Assembly (NCBI GenBank): GCA_035063585.1 | Contig: JAPSGB010000013.1 | Coordinates: 1-64,000, forward strand | Origin: Polyangiaceae bacterium | Lineage (GTDB): Bacteria; Myxococcota_A; Polyangia; Polyangiales; Polyangiaceae | DNA length: 64,000 nt | Reading direction: 5' to 3' | In this document: positions 60,760 through 64,000 of the stretch, piece by piece | Layout of the letters: every line of letters begins with the position of its first letter | How positions within the stretch are numbered: position 1 is the stretch's first letter | The notes under the pieces: generated by a model | Database searches by the model: none | Seen by the model: the letters and a program-made list of their open reading frames with translations, nothing else | What the model was told of the DNA's origin: nothing | Program-made: the position numbers and the translations under genes

Positions 60760-63489
60760 TCAACCTGCGCCCGCCGGCGACCGCAGCGCAGCCTGCGCCG
60801 CGGCGAGCCGAGCGATCGGCGCCCGGAAGGGCGAGCAAGAGACGTAGGCGAGCCCAGCGCGGTGGAAGAAGTCGATCGAGGCCGGATCGCCGCCGTGCTC
60901 CCCGCAAATCCCGAGCGAGATGTCGGGGCGGGTGGCCCGCCCCTTCTCGACCGCCATTCGCACCAGCGCTCCGACGCCCTCCTGATCGAGCGACACGAAC
61001 GGGTCGCGGGGCAAGATGCCCCGCCTCACGTACTCGGGCAAGAACTTCCCCGCGTCGTCGCGCGACAGCCCCAGCGCGGTCTGCGTGAGGTCATTGGTGC
61101 CGAACGAGAAGAACTCGGCGGTCCGCGCGAGGTCGTCGGCGAGCACCGCCGCGCGCGGCAGCTCGATCATGGTCCCGAACTCGTACGCGACGCGAATCCC
61201 CGCTTGGCTGAACACCTGCTCGGCGACCTGCTCGGTGATGGTCTTCATGAGGTCGAGCTCGGGCCTGCCGAAGGCGAGCGGGATCATGAGCTCCGGGTGG
61301 ACCTCGACGCCCTCCTTCGCGACCGTGCAGGCGGCGGTCAGGATCGCGCGCACCTGCATCGCGCTGATCTCGGGGAAGGTCACGCCGAGCCGACAGCCCC
61401 GATGCCCGAGCATCGGGTTGACCTCGTGCAGACGCTCGACCTGGCGAGCGACCGCCTCGACCTCGACCCCGAGCGACCTCGCGACTCCCGCCATCTGCTC
61501 GGGGAGCGCCGGGAGGAACTCGTGGAGCGGTGGATCGAGCAGGCGGATGGTCACCGGGAGGCCGCCCATGGCGCGGAAGATCTCGACGAAGTCTCCCGTC
61601 TGGAAAGGCAAGAGCTTCGCGAGCGCTGCCTCGCGCGCCTCGAGATCGCCGGCGAGGATCATCTCGCGCACCGCCTCGATGCGCTCCTCGTCGAAGAACA
61701 TGTGCTCGGTGCGGCAAAGCCCGATCCCCTCGGCGCCGAGGCTCCGCGCCTGCTTCGCGTCGTGCGGGGTATCGGCGTTGGCGCGGACGCGGAGGCGCCG
61801 CTTCGCGTCCGCCCAGCCGAGGAGCTCGGCGAACTCCCCGCCCAGCTCCGGCTCGGTCTTCGCGACGTCGCCGAGATAGACGGCGCCCGACGAGCCGTCA
61901 ATGGTGATGAGGTCCGTCGGGTTGACGATGAGCGCGGCCCCGGCCTCGTCCGAGTCGCGGATGGTCAGGATGCCGAGCTCGCGATCTATCGAGATCGCGG
62001 AACAACCCACCACGCAGGCGCGCCCCATGCCGCGCGCCACCACGGCCGCGTGGCTCGTCGCGCCACCGCGCGCGGTGAGGATGCCGCGCGCCGCCTTCAT
62101 CCCGTGGAGATCCTCGGGTGACGTCTCGATCCGCACCAAGATGACCGGCTCGCCCGCCTCGGCGCGCCGCTCGGCGTCATCGGCGCTGAACGACACGTAG
62201 CCCGTGACCGCTCCCGGGGACGCCGGCAGCCCGCGGGTCGCCGGCACGACCCCAGCCTTCGGGTCAATCGACGGGAAGAGGAGCTCCTCGACGCGGTCGG
62301 CGCTCACCCGCAAGAGCGCCTCGTCCCGAGTGATGAGCCCCTCGCGCACCATCTCGACCGCGATCCGGACCTCGGCGCGTGCCGAGCGCTTCCCGTTACG
62401 CGTCTGCAACAAGAAGAGCTGGCCGTCCTCGACGGTGAACTCGAGGTCCTGCATGTCGCGGAAGTGGCGCTCGAGCTTCTGCTGCGTCTCGTAGAGCTGT
62501 CGATAGATGGCCGGATTTGCCTCCTCGAGCGAAGACCCCGTGTCTCCGGTCGCCTTCGCGAGGTGCTGGGGCGTACGGAGCCCTGCCACCACGTCCTCGC
62601 CCTGGGCGTTCGGCAGCCACTCGCCGAAGAAGCGCCGCTCGCCCGTGCTGGGATCGCGCGTGAAGGCGACGCCGGTGGCGCTGGTGTCCCCCAGGTTGCC
62701 GAACACCATCGCCTGTACGTTCACGGCCGTGCCCCACTCATCCGGGATGCCGTTCATTCGACGGTAGAAGCTCGCGCGGGGGTTGCGCCAGCTCTCGAAC
62801 ACCGCGGCGATCGCGCCCATGAGCTGCTCGATGGGTCGGCTCGGGAAGCCTCCGGCGTGCTCCACGAGGATCGCCTTGAAGTCCGTCACCACCTGCTCGA
62901 GCTCCTCGGCGCGCAGCATCGAGTCCGGGATCGCCTTGACGAGCAAGTCGACGTCGACCGGCGCGGGGATACCGAGCGCGGCCCCCGCGCGGCGGCGCGC
63001 CTCGTTCATGGGGCCGTCGAACCGGGTCCGCTCCACGCCAAGCACGACGTCGCCGTACATGGTGAGGAAGCGCCGGTAGGCGTCGAGCGCGAAGCGTGGA
63101 TTCTTGGTTTGCTCGCGAAGCGCCGCGACGGTCTCGTCGTTCAACCCGAGGTTCAGGATGGTGTCCATCATCCCCGGCATGCTCGACCGCGCCCCGGAGC
63201 GGACGCTGACGAGGAGCGGCTGGCTCGCCCCGCCGAAGCGCTTGCCGGTCTGCGCCTCGAGCCACGCGAGGTTCTCTTCCACCGCGCTCCGCAGCCCGCT
63301 CGGCAGCTTGCCGCCTGCGCGGAAGTACTCGACGCACAGCTCGGTGGTGATGGTGAACCCGGGAGGCACCGGCACGCCGAGGTTGGCCATCTCCGCGAGA
63401 TTCGCGCCCTTCCCCCCGAGCAACGCCTTCTGCCCGGCGTCGCCGTCGGCGCTTCCGGGAGCAAACCGGTAAATGAGCTTGGCAGTCAT
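60760..63489 (-). CDS. ppdK: Pyruvate, phosphate dikinase
   Basis: LLGGKGANLAEM, SVRSGA..SMPGMMDTILN, phospho-His GGATSHAAVVAR, SFGTNDL and CGEHGG. Confidence 0.97.
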   Translation of the reverse strand: MTAKLIYRFAPGSADGDAGQKALLGGKGANLAEMANLGVPVPPGFTITTELCVEYFRAGGKLPSGLRSAVEENLAWLEAQTGKRFGGASQPLLVSVRSGARSSMPGMMDTILNLGLNDETVAALREQTKNPRFALDAYRRFLTMYGDVVLGVERTRFDGPMNEARRRAGAALGIPAPVDVDLLVKAIPDSMLRAEELEQVVTDFKAILVEHAGGFPSRPIEQLMGAIAAVFESWRNPRASFYRRMNGIPDEWGTAVNVQAMVFGNLGDTSATGVAFTRDPSTGERRFFGEWLPNAQGEDVVAGLRTPQHLAKATGDTGSSLEEANPAIYRQLYETQQKLERHFRDMQDLEFTVEDGQLFLLQTRNGKRSARAEVRIAVEMVREGLITRDEALLRVSADRVEELLFPSIDPKAGVVPATRGLPASPGAVTGYVSFSADDAERRAEAGEPVILVRIETSPEDLHGMKAARGILTARGGATSHAAVVARGMGRACVVGCSAISIDRELGILTIRDSDEAGAALIVNPTDLITIDGSSGAVYLGDVAKTEPELGGEFAELLGWADAKRRLRVRANADTPHDAKQARSLGAEGIGLCRTEHMFFDEERIEAVREMILAGDLEAREAALAKLLPFQTGDFVEIFRAMGGLPVTIRLLDPPLHEFLPALPEQMAGVARSLGVEVEAVARQVERLHEVNPMLGHRGCRLGVTFPEISAMQVRAILTAACTVAKEGVEVHPELMIPLAFGRPELDLMKTITEQVAEQVFSQAGIRVAYEFGTMIELPRAAVLADDLARTAEFFSFGTNDLTQTALGLSRDDAGKFLPEYVRRGILPRDPFVSLDQEGVGALVRMAVEKGRATRPDISLGICGEHGGDPASIDFFHRAGLAYVSCSPFRAPIARLAAAQAALRSPAGAG

Positions 63490-63492
63490 GGC

Positions 63493-64000
63493 TCACCTCT
63501 CTCTCGCGAGCAGGTTGAAGGCGGCGATCCCCGAGCAGGCCTGCTCGATGCGTCGCATCAGCCGCAGGCGATTGTCTCGCAGCTCCTGCTCCTCCGCCAT
63601 CACGAATACGTCCTCGAAAAATTTGCCGAGAGCGGGCGCAAAGCTTGCGATCTCGCCGATGGCGCGATCATAAGCGCGCTCTCGTCGAGCCGCTTCGAGC
63701 GTGCGCTCGAGCGACGTGAGCGCGTCGAACAGCCGCTGCTCCGAGGGGTGCACCTCCCCGTGGACCTCCGCGGGCGGTCTCGGATCGCCGGGAGGCGCAT
63801 CTCTCGCGATGTTGGCGGCCCGCTTGAACACCTCGCCGGCCGTCGCGCGCAGCTCGGCATCGATCGCGCCGAGCGCGCGCGCCCTGAGCGCCACGTCGGT
63901 CGGATCGTCGGCCCCCGCGGCGAGGCAGGCCTCGACGGCGTCGGAAGGGAAGGTCGCCACGAGCAGGCCGCGCAGGCGGTCGCGAAGGAAGGTCGCGAGC
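63493..64000 (-). CDS. glyS: Glycyl-tRNA synthetase beta subunit, C-terminal part (runs off the window)
   Basis: FKRAANI and FFEDVFVMAEEQELRDNRLRL of the anticodon-binding region. The glyS-ppdK order is commonly seen. Confidence 0.88.
   Translation of the reverse strand, partial: LATFLRDRLRGLLVATFPSDAVEACLAAGADDPTDVALRARALGAIDAELRATAGEVFKRAANIARDAPPGDPRPPAEVHGEVHPSEQRLFDALTSLERTLEAARRERAYDRAIGEIASFAPALGKFFEDVFVMAEEQELRDNRLRLMRRIEQACSGIAAFNLLARER

Overview
A very GC-rich bacterial chromosomal segment, most likely Myxococcota (Polyangiaceae/Sorangiineae-like). This is inferred from MYXO-CTERM-type tails, Gly-linker lipoproteins, Cys-repeat surface proteins and multidomain Ser/Thr kinases. The left ~25 kb is accessory-like. 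It holds a probable IS3-type transposase end, five surface or secreted proteins (one with a sharp internal ~50% GC patch), a tightly coupled 14.4-kb yhaO(Mre11/SbcD-like)-yhaN(Rad50/SbcC-like)-recC-recB-recD operon, and a two-methyltransferase plus GT-C-like membrane protein cassette abutting two tandem tRNA-Ser genes. The right ~39 kb is mostly core genes: TetR regulator, guaB, protease, CDF transporter, dps, gcvPB, ccsA-like/hemA/hemC, an MNT-HEPN toxin-antitoxin pair, ttcA, astB, radical SAM, two kinases, glyA, YbhB/YbcL, prlC, ctaA, hemL, ppdK and the 3' end of glyS. The strongest novelty candidates are (1) an orphan 97-aa His-Xaa-Ser repeat peptide (14 HxS triplets then Trp-stop, built on an 18-bp VNTR) between hemL and ppdK, and (2) the Mre11/Rad50-like plus RecBCD super-operon, whose ATPase carries an extra wHTH-like tail. 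Also notable are a dispersed REP-like palindrome family and many apparently leaderless genes. All calls come from motif recognition by eye; no database searches were run.
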